Part shown: positions 41,954 through 52,411 of the stretch, piece after piece
How positions within the stretch are numbered: position 1 is the first letter of the stretch
Layout: every line of letters begins with the position of its first letter
Made by a program: the position numbers and the translations under genes
The notes under the pieces: model-generated
The model's input: the letters and a program-made list of their open reading frames with translations, nothing else
Database searches by the model: none
What the model was told of the DNA's origin: nothing
Assembly: GCA_963535215.1 (NCBI GenBank)
Contig: CAUSWE010000005.1
Coordinates: forward strand, 3,077-67,076
DNA: 64,000 nucleotides
Direction: 5' to 3'
DNA from: an uncultured Granulicatella sp.
Lineage (GTDB): Bacteria; Bacillota; Bacilli; Lactobacillales; Aerococcaceae

Positions 41954-43747
41954 TTATTTAGTTGCTGTTTCAGAAACAACTTCAAGTTGGTATAAAGCAG
42001 ATTTAGAATCTTTATTACCAATTTCTGAGTTCATAAATTTCACACGTTTGTTCACAGCAGTTACAGAATCACCAATTAAAGTTGGGAAAATGAATGCTTG
42101 ATCGTGAACATATTTTTGCCATTGTTTGAAGAATTCTACATTCTTAGCTTCATCAAACGCTTCAGTTGAACTGATTTTAGCCATGATATCATTACCTTCT
42201 TGGCTTACGAAACGAGCAAAGTTGAACTTAGCAGATTCACCGAATAAGTTAGATGGGTTTGGATCATAACCTGTTCCCCATCCACCAGCGAACATATCGA
42301 TTTCTGGATCATCAGCTTGAACTTTTTCATAGAATACATTTGATTCAAGAGTACGGCCAGTGTAAAGTTTTACATCTAAACCGATTTCTTTCCACCATAA
42401 TAGATATTGTTGGATTAATGATTCATTTGCATCGTCACGAGTACGCGCTGCAAAGTTGATTGATAATTTAGAACCATCTTTGTTTTCACGTAATCCATCA
42501 CCATCAGTATCTTTATAACCAGCTTCATCTAACATTTGTTTAGCTTTTTCTGGATTATAATCGAATCCTTCTTGATTTGCATTGTAAATGTCTTTGAAGA
42601 ATGGGATGATGATTGAGTTTGTTCCACGTTGTAAACCATGGTACATACTTTCACCAGCTGCATTAATATCTAACGCATAAGCTAATGCTTGACGTAATAC
42701 TGGATCTTTCATTTTAGCATTTGGATCAGTTACGTTTTTACCTTGTTCTTTATCGTATTTACCTAAGTGGAATGCAATATATTCATATTGAGAAGCAAAT
42801 GAACTAATGAATGAAACGTTTGTTAAATCTTTATATGCTTCATATTGAGCACTTGGCATTGAAGCAACATCATAGTTACCAGCTTTCATTTGAGAAACAA
42901 TTGTATCTGGAGAAACAACTTCCATTACAACTTTATCTAATTTAGCACGACCTTTGTAGTAATGTTCGTTTGGTACTAATGTTACAGATTCACCAGGTGT
43001 GATTGATTCAATCTTGAATGGTCCAAGGCCTACACCTTTATTTCCACGTACATAGTCACTCTTTTCCCATTCAGCAACTGGAATAGTTGAGAAGATATGT
43101 TTTGGCATTACATAGTAAGGTAAAGCTCCACCTGCTAATTGCATTGATGGACGCATTTGTTTGAAGTGAATTTTTACTGAATAGTCATCTAATTTTTCTA
43201 CACCAGAAATTGAGCTAGCTTCGCCACTATGGAATTTATCGATACCTTCGATGTTTTGATAGTTAGAGTTATAACGAACACCTGTATAGTCTTTATGACC
43301 AATTGCTTCAATTGCGAAGATATAGTCATCAATTGTTAAAGGTTGTCCATCAGACCATTTATAATCTTTTGAATTTAATTTAATCGTTGCAGTTTTTCCT
43401 TCTACATCAAATTCGATAGAACCCATACCTGTATTTGTTAATTTACGGTTTTCATCATATTCAAATAATGTCGTATCAATTTGAGAAGTAATGGTTGAAT
43501 CTGTTGAATCTGATGATAATTCGTCCATAAATAATCCTTTAAACGGAGATGCAGAAACGATTGCATATTTCAAAGTACCACCTTTAATTGGTGTACCCTC
43601 ATGCGTTACTTCAGATGCAAATTTTGTTTTTGGTTGTGGAGTCCCACCTGTTGTTGTAGAATCACTTGATTGTCCTTTTCCACCACATGCTGCTAATGTT
43701 AAAGCTACAGCTGCAGTTGAGAACAATAATAATCCTTTTTTCTTCAT
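41954..43747 (-). CDS. oppA: Oligopeptide-binding lipoprotein (paralog 1)
   Basis: Lipobox LAAC, SBP family 5. Confidence 0.92.
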   Translation of the reverse strand: MKKKGLLLFSTAAVALTLAACGGKGQSSDSTTTGGTPQPKTKFASEVTHEGTPIKGGTLKYAIVSASPFKGLFMDELSSDSTDSTITSQIDTTLFEYDENRKLTNTGMGSIEFDVEGKTATIKLNSKDYKWSDGQPLTIDDYIFAIEAIGHKDYTGVRYNSNYQNIEGIDKFHSGEASSISGVEKLDDYSVKIHFKQMRPSMQLAGGALPYYVMPKHIFSTIPVAEWEKSDYVRGNKGVGLGPFKIESITPGESVTLVPNEHYYKGRAKLDKVVMEVVSPDTIVSQMKAGNYDVASMPSAQYEAYKDLTNVSFISSFASQYEYIAFHLGKYDKEQGKNVTDPNAKMKDPVLRQALAYALDINAAGESMYHGLQRGTNSIIIPFFKDIYNANQEGFDYNPEKAKQMLDEAGYKDTDGDGLRENKDGSKLSINFAARTRDDANESLIQQYLLWWKEIGLDVKLYTGRTLESNVFYEKVQADDPEIDMFAGGWGTGYDPNPSNLFGESAKFNFARFVSQEGNDIMAKISSTEAFDEAKNVEFFKQWQKYVHDQAFIFPTLIGDSVTAVNKRVKFMNSEIGNKDSKSALYQLEVVSETATK

Positions 43748-43757
43748 ATTTCCTCCT

Positions 43758-43836
43758 GACTGTCAGAACTCTATCAGAATTGTCTGACAATTAAATTAAC
43801 TTTCTATACTTTAACAGTTTCTTATAAAAAAATCAA
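43758..43836 (-). promoter_or_regulatory. Promoter and CodY box(es) of oppA paralog 1
   Basis: AATTGTCTGACAATT (43778-43792) has 2 mismatches to AATTTTCWGAAAATT, with adjacent TCAGAA half-sites. Promoter TTGATT-17 bp-TAAAGT. Confidence 0.7.
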
Positions 43837-43981
43837 TCATTTTTTCTTAATTTTTTTTGAAATTTTTTCTACTTTCTCTATTTTAATTTTATTCCAGACT
43901 AGTTTCATTCATTTTCAGCATAAAAAAGGCTTTTCGCCCTAGCAACTAAGCTAAATCCGAAAAGACCTTTTCCAACTTTTA

Positions 43982-45721
43982 TTATTTATTTAATGGAGTT
44001 AAAGCAATGAATGCATCGATTGATTCTGCTACTTCTGCTAATGCTTTCTTCCAAAATTCTGGAGTACTTACATCTACTCCTAAAACTTTTGCAGTATCTT
44101 CTACACTTGATACAGTAGTTGCACGAAGTAATTCTTGATATTTTTCTACAAAGCCTTCTGGTTGTTCTTGGTAAATGGCATATAATCCTTTAGAGAATAA
44201 TCCACCAAATGCATATGGGAAATTGTAGAAACTTAATCCAGTACTATAGTAATGCGGTTTACATGCCCACATATATGGATGTAAGTAAGCTTGATCCAAT
44301 CCATCACCGTACGCTTCTTTTTGCGCAACTAACATCATTTCTTCTAAATCTTTAGAGAACATAAATGATTGTTCACGATTTTCAAAAACAGCTGATTCGA
44401 ATAAGTAACGAGAATAAATATCAACAATAATTTGTGTTGTATCTTGTAATTGAGATTCAATTAATGCAATTTTTTCTTCATCACTTGCTTCTTTAATTGC
44501 TGTATTCATAATGATGTTTTCATTAAATGTTGAAGCTGTTTCTGCAACTGGCATTGAATAATCTTGATTTAATGGACGGTGATTTTCAATGTGTAACCCG
44601 TGATATGCATGTCCTAATTCGTGCGCTAATGTTACTACATCACTTAATGATCCAGTGAAGTTCGTTAAGACACGTGATTGTTTAATCATTGGTAAGTTTG
44701 CACAAAATGCTCCCCCAACTTTTCCTTTGCGTGGGTAGAAATCAATATAGTGTTTATCAAAGAATTCTTCTGTCATTTCTGCTAAATCCGCTGAGAATGT
44801 CTTGAAGTTTTTAATTAAGTAATCTTTTGATTCTTCCACTGTAAATGTACGACTGCTGTTTCCAACTGGGGCAAATAAATCATAGAATGGTAATCCATTT
44901 TCATGACCTAATAATGCTGCTTTATGACGTAAATATTTTCTAAAGTTTGGTAAATATTCACGGATTGCTTCTAATAATGCCTCTAAAGTTTCACGACTCA
45001 TACGAGAAGCTTCTAAAGTATGTGCTAATGGAGATTCAAATCCACGTAAGCTAGAAGTTGTTAATACTTCTTTTTTAATATGGTTTAATGAGAACGCAAT
45101 TGGTTCTTTAATCGCATCATACATTTTTAACTCTGCTTCGTACGCTGATTTACGCACTTCTGCATCGCTATCGTATGCTTTACCACGAATTTCACTTAAA
45201 GTAACTACTTCACCTTTATATTCGCCTTGAGCACTTGACCACATGAAGTCGAATAATTGAGACCAAGCTTTTCCACCACTAATAGACATTTTTGCTAAAA
45301 CTTCTTCTAACTCATCACTTAATAAGTGAGCTGCATCTTTTTTAGCTTCTTCAAAATAATAACGATATTCTGCTAAGAAAGGATCTGTTGTAATATCTGT
45401 TTGAATTGTTCCTAAAAATTTTGAAACTTTTGCATAAGTAGCTTGTAAATCAGCTGAAACTCCTGCTAATTGTACTTCTACTTGTGTCGCTGTTTCATGC
45501 GTTGTATCTGTCGCTAATGTTAAATGAATATAATTATATAAACGACCTGTTAAAACTGTTGATTCTTCTAATAATTTTACAACTTGTGTAATTCCTTCAA
45601 TAGAGTCTTCTAGTGTTAAACTTTCAAATTTTCCTTTTAACGCTTTATAAGCTTCTACATCTTGTTTAAATTCTTGACTTTCAAATGATGGGTATAAATC
45701 TTCTAATGTCCATTCATACAT
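43982..45721 (-). CDS. M3-family oligoendopeptidase (second PepF-like)
   Basis: WTLEDLY, GKVGGAFC, HELGH, AETAST, FYNFPYAFG motifs. Confidence 0.92.
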   Translation of the reverse strand: MYEWTLEDLYPSFESQEFKQDVEAYKALKGKFESLTLEDSIEGITQVVKLLEESTVLTGRLYNYIHLTLATDTTHETATQVEVQLAGVSADLQATYAKVSKFLGTIQTDITTDPFLAEYRYYFEEAKKDAAHLLSDELEEVLAKMSISGGKAWSQLFDFMWSSAQGEYKGEVVTLSEIRGKAYDSDAEVRKSAYEAELKMYDAIKEPIAFSLNHIKKEVLTTSSLRGFESPLAHTLEASRMSRETLEALLEAIREYLPNFRKYLRHKAALLGHENGLPFYDLFAPVGNSSRTFTVEESKDYLIKNFKTFSADLAEMTEEFFDKHYIDFYPRKGKVGGAFCANLPMIKQSRVLTNFTGSLSDVVTLAHELGHAYHGLHIENHRPLNQDYSMPVAETASTFNENIIMNTAIKEASDEEKIALIESQLQDTTQIIVDIYSRYLFESAVFENREQSFMFSKDLEEMMLVAQKEAYGDGLDQAYLHPYMWACKPHYYSTGLSFYNFPYAFGGLFSKGLYAIYQEQPEGFVEKYQELLRATTVSSVEDTAKVLGVDVSTPEFWKKALAEVAESIDAFIALTPLNK

Positions 45722-45789
45722 CTTTCATTCCTCCTCTTTTTCCGTATTTTTTATTATACTGTATCTAGTATATTTTTTCCATAATTGCA

Positions 45790-47142
45790 TTAATTTTTCA
45801 ATGATTGTACAGGAGCTGGAATGCGTCCTCCACGGTTGACGAATAAATCACAATTTCCTTCTTTAACAGGCATAATTGGAGCATAGCCTAACAATCCACC
45901 AAACTCTACAGAATCTCCTACTTTTCCACCAGGAACAGGGATAATCCGTACGGCCGTTGTTTTTGTATTAATCATTCCAATAGCTGCTTCATCCGCAATA
46001 ATACCTGAAATTGTAGTTGCAGAAGTGTCGCCAGGTACAGCAATCATATCTAACCCAACCGAACATACAGCTGTCATCGCTTCTAATTTATCTAATGTTA
46101 AAACTCCATTTGCAGCCGCTTCAATCATTCCTTCATCTTCTGAAACGGGAATAAATGCTCCGCTTAATCCACCAACTGCAGAACTAGCCATCATACCACC
46201 TTTTTTCACAGCATCATTTAATAATGCTAAGGCAGCTGTTGTACCATGAGTTCCTGTCACAGACAAGCCCATTTCTTCTAAAATACGAGCGACTGAATCC
46301 CCTACTGCAGGAGTTGGTGCAAGAGATAAGTCTAAAATTCCAAATGGAATTCCTAACATTTGACTAGCTTTCTGACCAATTAATTCCCCGACACGAGTAA
46401 TTTTAAATGCCGTTTTCTTAACGATTTCAGCAATTTCTGTTAATGTTTCAGCTTCATGATTTTCAAGTGCTGCTTTTACAACACCAGGTCCAGAAACTCC
46501 AACATTAATCACGGCATCTGCTTCCCCACTTCCATGGAAAGCTCCCGCCATAAATGGATTATCTTCTACTGCATTACAGAAAATTACGACTTTGGCACAA
46601 CCAAATCCTTCTGGAGTAGTTTCAGCGGTTTCTTTAATAATTTCTCCAACTAATTTTACAGCATCCATATTAATTCCTGCTTTTGTAGATCCAATATTAA
46701 CAGAACTACACACAATATCGGTTACTTTCATGGCTTCTGGAATCGAACGAATTAACACTTCATCTGAAGGACTCATTCCTTTTTGAACTAATGCAGAAAA
46801 TCCACCAATAAAAGATACGCCAATGGCTTTAGCTGCTCGATCCAATGTTTGTGCAATTGAAACATAGCTATCTGCTTTTGTTGCTGCTGCAATTTGAGCA
46901 ATCGGTGTGACAGAAATACGTTGGTTTACAATTGGCACACCATATTGCAGTGATAATTCATGAGCTGTTTTCACTAAATCTCTTCCAATACGAGTAATTT
47001 TGTTGTAAATATTTTGATTTAACACATCAATATCCGGATGAATACAATCATGTAAATCAATTCCGATAGTAATGGTACGAACATCAAAATTTTGTTCTTT
47101 TACCATCGAAATCGTTTCTAAAATTTCACTATGTTGAACCAT
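45790..47142 (-). CDS. UPF0210 / DUF711 (PFL-like) protein
   Basis: [29 protein letters not shown] motifs. Paired with an ACT-domain gene. Confidence 0.9.
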   Translation of the reverse strand: MVQHSEILETISMVKEQNFDVRTITIGIDLHDCIHPDIDVLNQNIYNKITRIGRDLVKTAHELSLQYGVPIVNQRISVTPIAQIAAATKADSYVSIAQTLDRAAKAIGVSFIGGFSALVQKGMSPSDEVLIRSIPEAMKVTDIVCSSVNIGSTKAGINMDAVKLVGEIIKETAETTPEGFGCAKVVIFCNAVEDNPFMAGAFHGSGEADAVINVGVSGPGVVKAALENHEAETLTEIAEIVKKTAFKITRVGELIGQKASQMLGIPFGILDLSLAPTPAVGDSVARILEEMGLSVTGTHGTTAALALLNDAVKKGGMMASSAVGGLSGAFIPVSEDEGMIEAAANGVLTLDKLEAMTAVCSVGLDMIAVPGDTSATTISGIIADEAAIGMINTKTTAVRIIPVPGGKVGDSVEFGGLLGYAPIMPVKEGNCDLFVNRGGRIPAPVQSLKN

Positions 47143-47150
47143 TCCTTCAC

Positions 47151-47423
47151 CTAACCAATCCGATGCATCGCTTCAAAAATTTCATGATTTTGAATACGAA
47201 TATCTAATGCTAAATTTTTTCCTTGTTCGTGAATATAAGGAGCCAATTCTACAAATGGCATTTTGCTTGCTGATACATCTACTAAGATTAACATTGTAAA
47301 ATATTCATCCATGATTTCTTGAGAGATGTTTACAATATTAATATTTTGTTCTGCTAATAATTTTGATACTTCATAAACAATACCGACACGATCTTTGCCG
47401 ACAACTGTTACGACTGCTTTCAT
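47151..47423 (-). CDS. ACT-domain protein (UPF0237)
   Basis: [16 protein letters not shown]...IFEAMHRI. Confidence 0.9.
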   Translation of the reverse strand: MKAVVTVVGKDRVGIVYEVSKLLAEQNINIVNISQEIMDEYFTMLILVDVSASKMPFVELAPYIHEQGKNLALDIRIQNHEIFEAMHRIG

Positions 47424-47567
47424 TTTCTCACTCCTCTTATAAAGTTGCTTCTATTGTATCGAATTTTCAAAAAAAATCCTAGTCAAAACTTTAAATTCCT
47501 TTTCTTCTTTTTATTTCCTCACCTTTTTAGTGTATACTACAAGAGAAGATTGAAAAAGGAGACAGTT

Positions 47568-48437
47568 ATGAAATACGAAGAATGGTTACAGTTATTTCCA
47601 AATTCTAAAATTATCCATCACATTCCAGAAAATACAAGGGATTATGTTATTTCTTTAGAAGAGAACACTTATTTACAAATTCCTGTTGAAGAATTATCCA
47701 ATCGTGAATTAGCTTTACTTGAAACCATAACAAAAGTACCTGTAAAAGTGGCAACCCAACTTCCACCTTGGCAACAGTATTTAGAACAAGGGGGAGAATG
47801 CCCTATTCAATTGGAGAATGTTCAGTTTATTCATGTTTGTTTGATTCAAAAAAATAATGATTTTAATGAACAAGAATGGTTGGAGATGATGCAAGAGATT
47901 TTTGGAGATGTGTTAACGGGTTTTTCTTGTTTTCCAAAGCATTATACGATTGTGAGAAAAGCCGATGTTGAAACGATTTCGACTCAGGAGTTGCAAGCAA
48001 TTCATGCAACGGTTGAGGAAGATTTTGCGATTTCAATGAAGATTTTCATTGGGAATGTTTGGAAAATGTCAGAGGATATTCCGGGAATTTATCAAGCAGA
48101 GAAAGCTTTATTTGTGACGTATTTGCATGAGTCGAATAAGCAGACTTGTTTGGCTTTTGCACCGATGGTTTTATGGGGATTTGCGCAGAAAAAGTTAGAT
48201 TTTTCACCAATTCCTGAGACTCTGTATGCGCAAATGGTTCAGGATGAGTTTCCTGATTTAATTGAGGCGTTGTGGCAAGAGCGTGGAACTTTGACGAAGG
48301 CGGCTACTCGTTTGTTTATTCATCGTAATACGTTGCAGTATCGGATTGATCGGTTTGGTCAGTTGACGGGATTAGCGCTGAAGAATATGGACGATCTGAC
48401 GCTCTGTCATTTTCTTTTGATGCAACAGGAATACTAA
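47568..48437 (+). CDS. PucR/CdaR-type C-terminal HTH regulator
   Basis: Start MKYEEW behind aggag; LTKAATRLFIHRNTLQYRIDR motif. Confidence 0.88.
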   Translation: MKYEEWLQLFPNSKIIHHIPENTRDYVISLEENTYLQIPVEELSNRELALLETITKVPVKVATQLPPWQQYLEQGGECPIQLENVQFIHVCLIQKNNDFNEQEWLEMMQEIFGDVLTGFSCFPKHYTIVRKADVETISTQELQAIHATVEEDFAISMKIFIGNVWKMSEDIPGIYQAEKALFVTYLHESNKQTCLAFAPMVLWGFAQKKLDFSPIPETLYAQMVQDEFPDLIEALWQERGTLTKAATRLFIHRNTLQYRIDRFGQLTGLALKNMDDLTLCHFLLMQQEY

Positions 48438-48445
48438 AATAAATT

Positions 48446-48750
48446 AATCCTACACCATTCCTTTGATAGTGAGGTCGCAAGCAGCCACCTTCGGTGTCTC
48501 ATTGCTAAAAATCAAGCCTCGGTCTTGATTTTCCCCTGTAATATTAGCCTTGCATGGCTAATATTACTTTTACTATAAAGAAATGGTGTAGGATTTTTAT
48601 ATCCATATTGTATCGAGCGGTTTTTTAGGAAATTACGAACTTAACAATGTCGCAAGCAGCTTCACCATGCGAATCTCATGGCTAAACTTCGAGCCTTGGT
48701 CTCGAATTTTCCTTTGTAATAATATTACTTCCACTACTAAGAAATAGGGA
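48446..48750 (-). repeat. Array of two structured repeats, inverted (full 48446-48595, degraded ~48640-48750)
   Basis: Outer stem aatcctacaccatt/aatggtgtaggatt with the family core. The second copy has a collapsed P1 (gtaataatattac). Confidence 0.85.
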
Positions 48751-48752
48751 TT

Positions 48753-48821
48753 TCATTTTATTTTTTGACGTTTTCTTATTATATCTGGCGATTTTACTCT
48801 TTCTTTAAATGATTTATCCAT
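48753..48821 (-). pseudogene. Truncated ORF MDKSFKERVKSPDIIRKRQKIK
   Basis: RBS gaggtg plus ATG directly after a terminator. Ends at the edge of a repeat copy. Confidence 0.4.
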
Positions 48822-48830
48822 ATACACCTC

Positions 48831-48860
48831 AAAAAAGAGAATGACTTCGCCACCCTCTTT
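48831..48860 (-). terminator. Intrinsic terminator preceding the truncated ORF
   Basis: GAGGGTGGC-GAA-GTCATTCTC followed by a T-run; G-U pairs fall on the minus strand. Confidence 0.8.
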
Positions 48861-48861
48861 C

Positions 48862-48973
48862 CGGTTTTTCACAGTTTCCCTCTGCACTGAATATGGGTTT
48901 TCAGTCTCCATTCCGACCACTAAAAGTAGGTTTTACTTCTCTACTCCGACTCATAAGCTATTACTTTGCTTAT
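48862..48973 (-). repeat. 33-nt tandem repeat (2 full units + 1 partial) with covarying stem; candidate RNA
   Basis: Units 48885-48917 and 48918-48950 are 24/33 identical, with compensatory stem changes (GTAG/CTAC vs ATGG/CCAT). Confidence 0.7.
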
Positions 48974-49045
48974 TTCACCATTGTTTTATAATATTTTAGT
49001 CAAAATTTCAAATAATAAATTTGTCTTTTCACCTATCAATAACGA

Positions 49046-49741
49046 TTATTGCGCTATACCGTACTCATTGACATAGTATCCATCTGGAGTTGTTGTATTT
49101 CTTAAAATAGCTCCTGATTTACCTGCATAGAACCAATACCCCTCTGATTCAAACCATTCGTTTTCAGCCATTACACCTGATGCATTTAAGTAGTAAACTT
49201 CATCTTTTGGTTTAATCATTGTATTTGTATAAATTTTTCCTTCTCTACTTGCATAATACCATTTACCACCAACTTGGAACCATTCATCAACTTTTACTGC
49301 ACCTGATTTATCCGCATAGTACCAACCATCTTTTTGTTGGAACCATTGATTTGCTTTCATCGCTCCTGATTCATCAAAATAATACCAAGTTTTATTTATC
49401 TCAAGGAATCCTTTTTGCATAAGTCCAATACCTTTTTGTTCACCAGTTAATTCTGATAGATAATACCAAGAACCATTGTCTTGAACCCAACCTGTTTGAA
49501 CTTCACCAGTTTGACTTACATATATCCAAACTTTATGTGTTCCTTCTTTACTATCTTCAGACTTAGCATTGATTGATTTCCAACCTTTTGTTAGTTGTCC
49601 ATTTTCAACGTAATATACTTTTCCATCTTTATGAGCAAATCCTGTATTACTTTGTTCTGCTGCTTGTACATTTGAACTTGTTGCTAAAAATCCAGCACCT
49701 AAAACTGCTAAACTAGCTAACATTAATTTTGTTTTTTTCAT
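49046..49741 (-). CDS. Secreted protein made of cell-wall (choline-type) binding repeats
   Basis: Signal peptide; repeated TGW..NGSWYYL / WYYFDESGAM units; TTTPDGYYVN terminus. Confidence 0.88.
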   Translation of the reverse strand: MKKTKLMLASLAVLGAGFLATSSNVQAAEQSNTGFAHKDGKVYYVENGQLTKGWKSINAKSEDSKEGTHKVWIYVSQTGEVQTGWVQDNGSWYYLSELTGEQKGIGLMQKGFLEINKTWYYFDESGAMKANQWFQQKDGWYYADKSGAVKVDEWFQVGGKWYYASREGKIYTNTMIKPKDEVYYLNASGVMAENEWFESEGYWFYAGKSGAILRNTTTPDGYYVNEYGIAQ

Positions 49742-49916
49742 AAAAACTCTCCTTTATCATTACTACATATGCACTACTGTTGCCTTATAACTGTAACATT
49801 TCATTCTCTAGAAAGTCAAATGTTACAAGTAGGATTTTATAAACTTCCTACTAAAAACTATCTAAAAGAACGATAGCCCCGCTTTCGCGAGGCTACCCAT
49901 TATTTTTTATCAATCA

Positions 49917-52400
49917 TTACACAAGGGCAGGAGTTTTCACTGTTTTTTCTTTTTTCTCTTTCCCTTTAATTGTAATTTTTCCTTTTGTGGCACCGATAGT
50001 TACTTGTTGTCCGAAGCGGATTTCTCCACTTAACAATGCTTCACTTAATGGATCTTCAATTTTCTTTTGAATAGCACGGCGAATTGGTCTTGCTCCATAT
50101 TCTGGATCAAATCCTTCTTCTGCTAGTACATCTAATACTGCAGAAGTAATTTTCACTGTAATATTCAATTCTTGTAATCTTGAAGTAATTTCTTTTGCCA
50201 TAATGCCAACAATTTGTCTTAGTTCTTCTTTTTGAAGTTTATGGAAGACAATCGTTTCATCAATACGGTTTAATAATTCTGGTCTAAATGAATTTTTCAA
50301 TTCTTCACGAATTCGTTTTTCCATTGCATCATGGTTTTGCTGAACTGTTTTCGCACCGAATCCTACCGATTTTTCTTCACGAAGAGCTACAGCACCAAGG
50401 TTTGATGTCATGATAATAACTGTATTTCTAAAGTCCACTTTTCTACCTTTTGAATCAGTTAGATGTCCATCATCTAATACTTGTAATAAAATATTAAACA
50501 CATCCGGATGAGCTTTTTCAATTTCATCAAGTAAAATTACGGCATAAGGACGTTGACGGATTTTTTCTGTTAATTGACCACCTTCATCAAATCCAACATA
50601 TCCTGGAGGCGAACCAACTAATCTGCTAACGGAATGTTTTTCCATATATTCAGACATATCAATTCTGACTAGTGCATCTTGTTCTCCAAACATCGCTTCT
50701 GCTAAAGTTTTCGCTAATTCTGTTTTACCAACACCAGTTGGTCCTAAGAATAAGAATGAACCAATTGGGCGGCGTGGATCTTTTAATCCACTTCTTGCAC
50801 GACGAATCGAACGAGCAACCGCACTAACGGCTTCAGATTGCCCAATCACACGTTTATGTAACACTGATTCTAAGTTTATTAAGCGTTCGCTTTCTTTTTT
50901 CTCCATTTGTTGAAGTGGAATTCCTGTCCATTGAGAAACCACTTCTGCAATATCCCCTTCTCCAATCGAAGCGATATAATCTGTTTTCGGCGAAGATTCT
51001 AATTTTTCGATTAATTTTTCAAGTTTATCTCTTTTCGCCAATTCTTTTTTACGGAATTTTGCTGCTTCATCAAAGTTTTGGTGTTGAATTGCTTGATTTT
51101 TTAATTGTTCAAAATGTAAAATTTCTTCTTCTAATAAGACGATTGGAGAAACTTTTGTAGTCACATCTAAACGTGCTTTTGCTGCTGTTTCATCCATCAA
51201 GTCAATCGCTTTATCTGGAAGACGTCTTGAAGTGATATAACGAACTGATAATTGTACGGCTGCTTGAATCGCTTCATCTGTAATTTCTACATGGTGATGA
51301 GCTTCATAATGTTTTCTCAAGCCTTTTAAAATTTGAATGCTATCTTCAGCTGTTGGTTCTTCTACATGAATAGAAGCAAAACGACGTTCTAAGGCAGCAT
51401 CTTTTTCAATGTATTTTTGATACTCATCTAAAGTTGTTGCCCCAATAACTTGTAATTCACCACGAGCTAATGCAGGTTTTAAAATATTCGAAGCATCAAT
51501 GGCTCCTTCTGCTCCCCCTGCACCAATTAAAGTGTGTAATTCATCGATGAATAAAATCACATCTTGCTGCGTATAAATTTCTTCAATGATTTTTTTCATA
51601 CGTTCTTCAAATTCACCACGATATTTTGTTCCTGCTACTAATGCACCCATATCTAACATCATTAAACGTTTGCTGGCAATTTCTTCAGGAACTTCACCAT
51701 TGACCATACGTTGGGCTAATCCTTCAACAATGGCAGTTTTACCTACACCAGGTTCTCCCACTAAGACTGGATTATTTTTCGTACGGCGGCTAATCACTTG
51801 AATCATACGACGAACTTCTTCATTTCTTCCGATTACTGGATCTAATTTTCCTTGCCTTGCTAATGCTGTTAAATCTCTTGATAAGCTATCCAATGTTGGT
51901 GTTTTATCTTTTGCATTGCCACCAGACACTTGACCTTTTGTTGAACGAGCTTTTGAAGGTTGAATGCCAATTTTTTCATAAATTGTCTTCATTAATTCTT
52001 CTAATTCAATATGATTATCACGCATAATTTTTGTCGCTAATACTTCTTCTTGAAGTAAGCCTAATAATAAATGCTCTGTTCCTACTTGAGGAATTTTCAA
52101 ACGTTTTGCTTCTTCTGTTGCTGCAACAACTACTTTTTTAGCTCTAGGAGAATAAGGCATTAAATAGGGATCGATTTCTTTACGATTGCTTCCATATCCT
52201 GTTAATGCTTCAATTTCTTGACGAACAATTTCAGCTGTTAACCCTCTTTCTCTTAAAAGGATTCCAGCAATTCCTTCTTCTTCAATGACTAGACCTAATA
52301 ATAAATGCTCCGTACCCACTGCTTGATGTCTAAAAGAAATTGCTTCCCTAGCAGCTAATACCATAGCATTACGTGCTTTTTCTGTAAACATTTCACTCAT
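49917..52400 (-). CDS. clpC: ATP-dependent Clp protease ATPase ClpC
   Basis: Two Clp-N repeats, two AAA+ modules ([16 protein letters not shown]), UVR segment. Confidence 0.96.
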   Translation of the reverse strand: MSEMFTEKARNAMVLAAREAISFRHQAVGTEHLLLGLVIEEEGIAGILLRERGLTAEIVRQEIEALTGYGSNRKEIDPYLMPYSPRAKKVVVAATEEAKRLKIPQVGTEHLLLGLLQEEVLATKIMRDNHIELEELMKTIYEKIGIQPSKARSTKGQVSGGNAKDKTPTLDSLSRDLTALARQGKLDPVIGRNEEVRRMIQVISRRTKNNPVLVGEPGVGKTAIVEGLAQRMVNGEVPEEIASKRLMMLDMGALVAGTKYRGEFEERMKKIIEEIYTQQDVILFIDELHTLIGAGGAEGAIDASNILKPALARGELQVIGATTLDEYQKYIEKDAALERRFASIHVEEPTAEDSIQILKGLRKHYEAHHHVEITDEAIQAAVQLSVRYITSRRLPDKAIDLMDETAAKARLDVTTKVSPIVLLEEEILHFEQLKNQAIQHQNFDEAAKFRKKELAKRDKLEKLIEKLESSPKTDYIASIGEGDIAEVVSQWTGIPLQQMEKKESERLINLESVLHKRVIGQSEAVSAVARSIRRARSGLKDPRRPIGSFLFLGPTGVGKTELAKTLAEAMFGEQDALVRIDMSEYMEKHSVSRLVGSPPGYVGFDEGGQLTEKIRQRPYAVILLDEIEKAHPDVFNILLQVLDDGHLTDSKGRKVDFRNTVIIMTSNLGAVALREEKSVGFGAKTVQQNHDAMEKRIREELKNSFRPELLNRIDETIVFHKLQKEELRQIVGIMAKEITSRLQELNITVKITSAVLDVLAEEGFDPEYGARPIRRAIQKKIEDPLSEALLSGEIRFGQQVTIGATKGKITIKGKEKKEKTVKTPALV

Positions 52401-52411
52401 TCACGTCACCC

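Noticed and set aside
15857..48750. Integron attC cassette array
   Set aside because: The repeats follow core genes (rho, oppC). I saw no RYYYAAC/GTTRRRY ends, and there is no integrase in the window.
48862..48950. Mini-CRISPR (GTTTT-containing repeats)
   Set aside because: The period is only 33 nt, which leaves no room for spacers, and the differences are compensatory within a stem.
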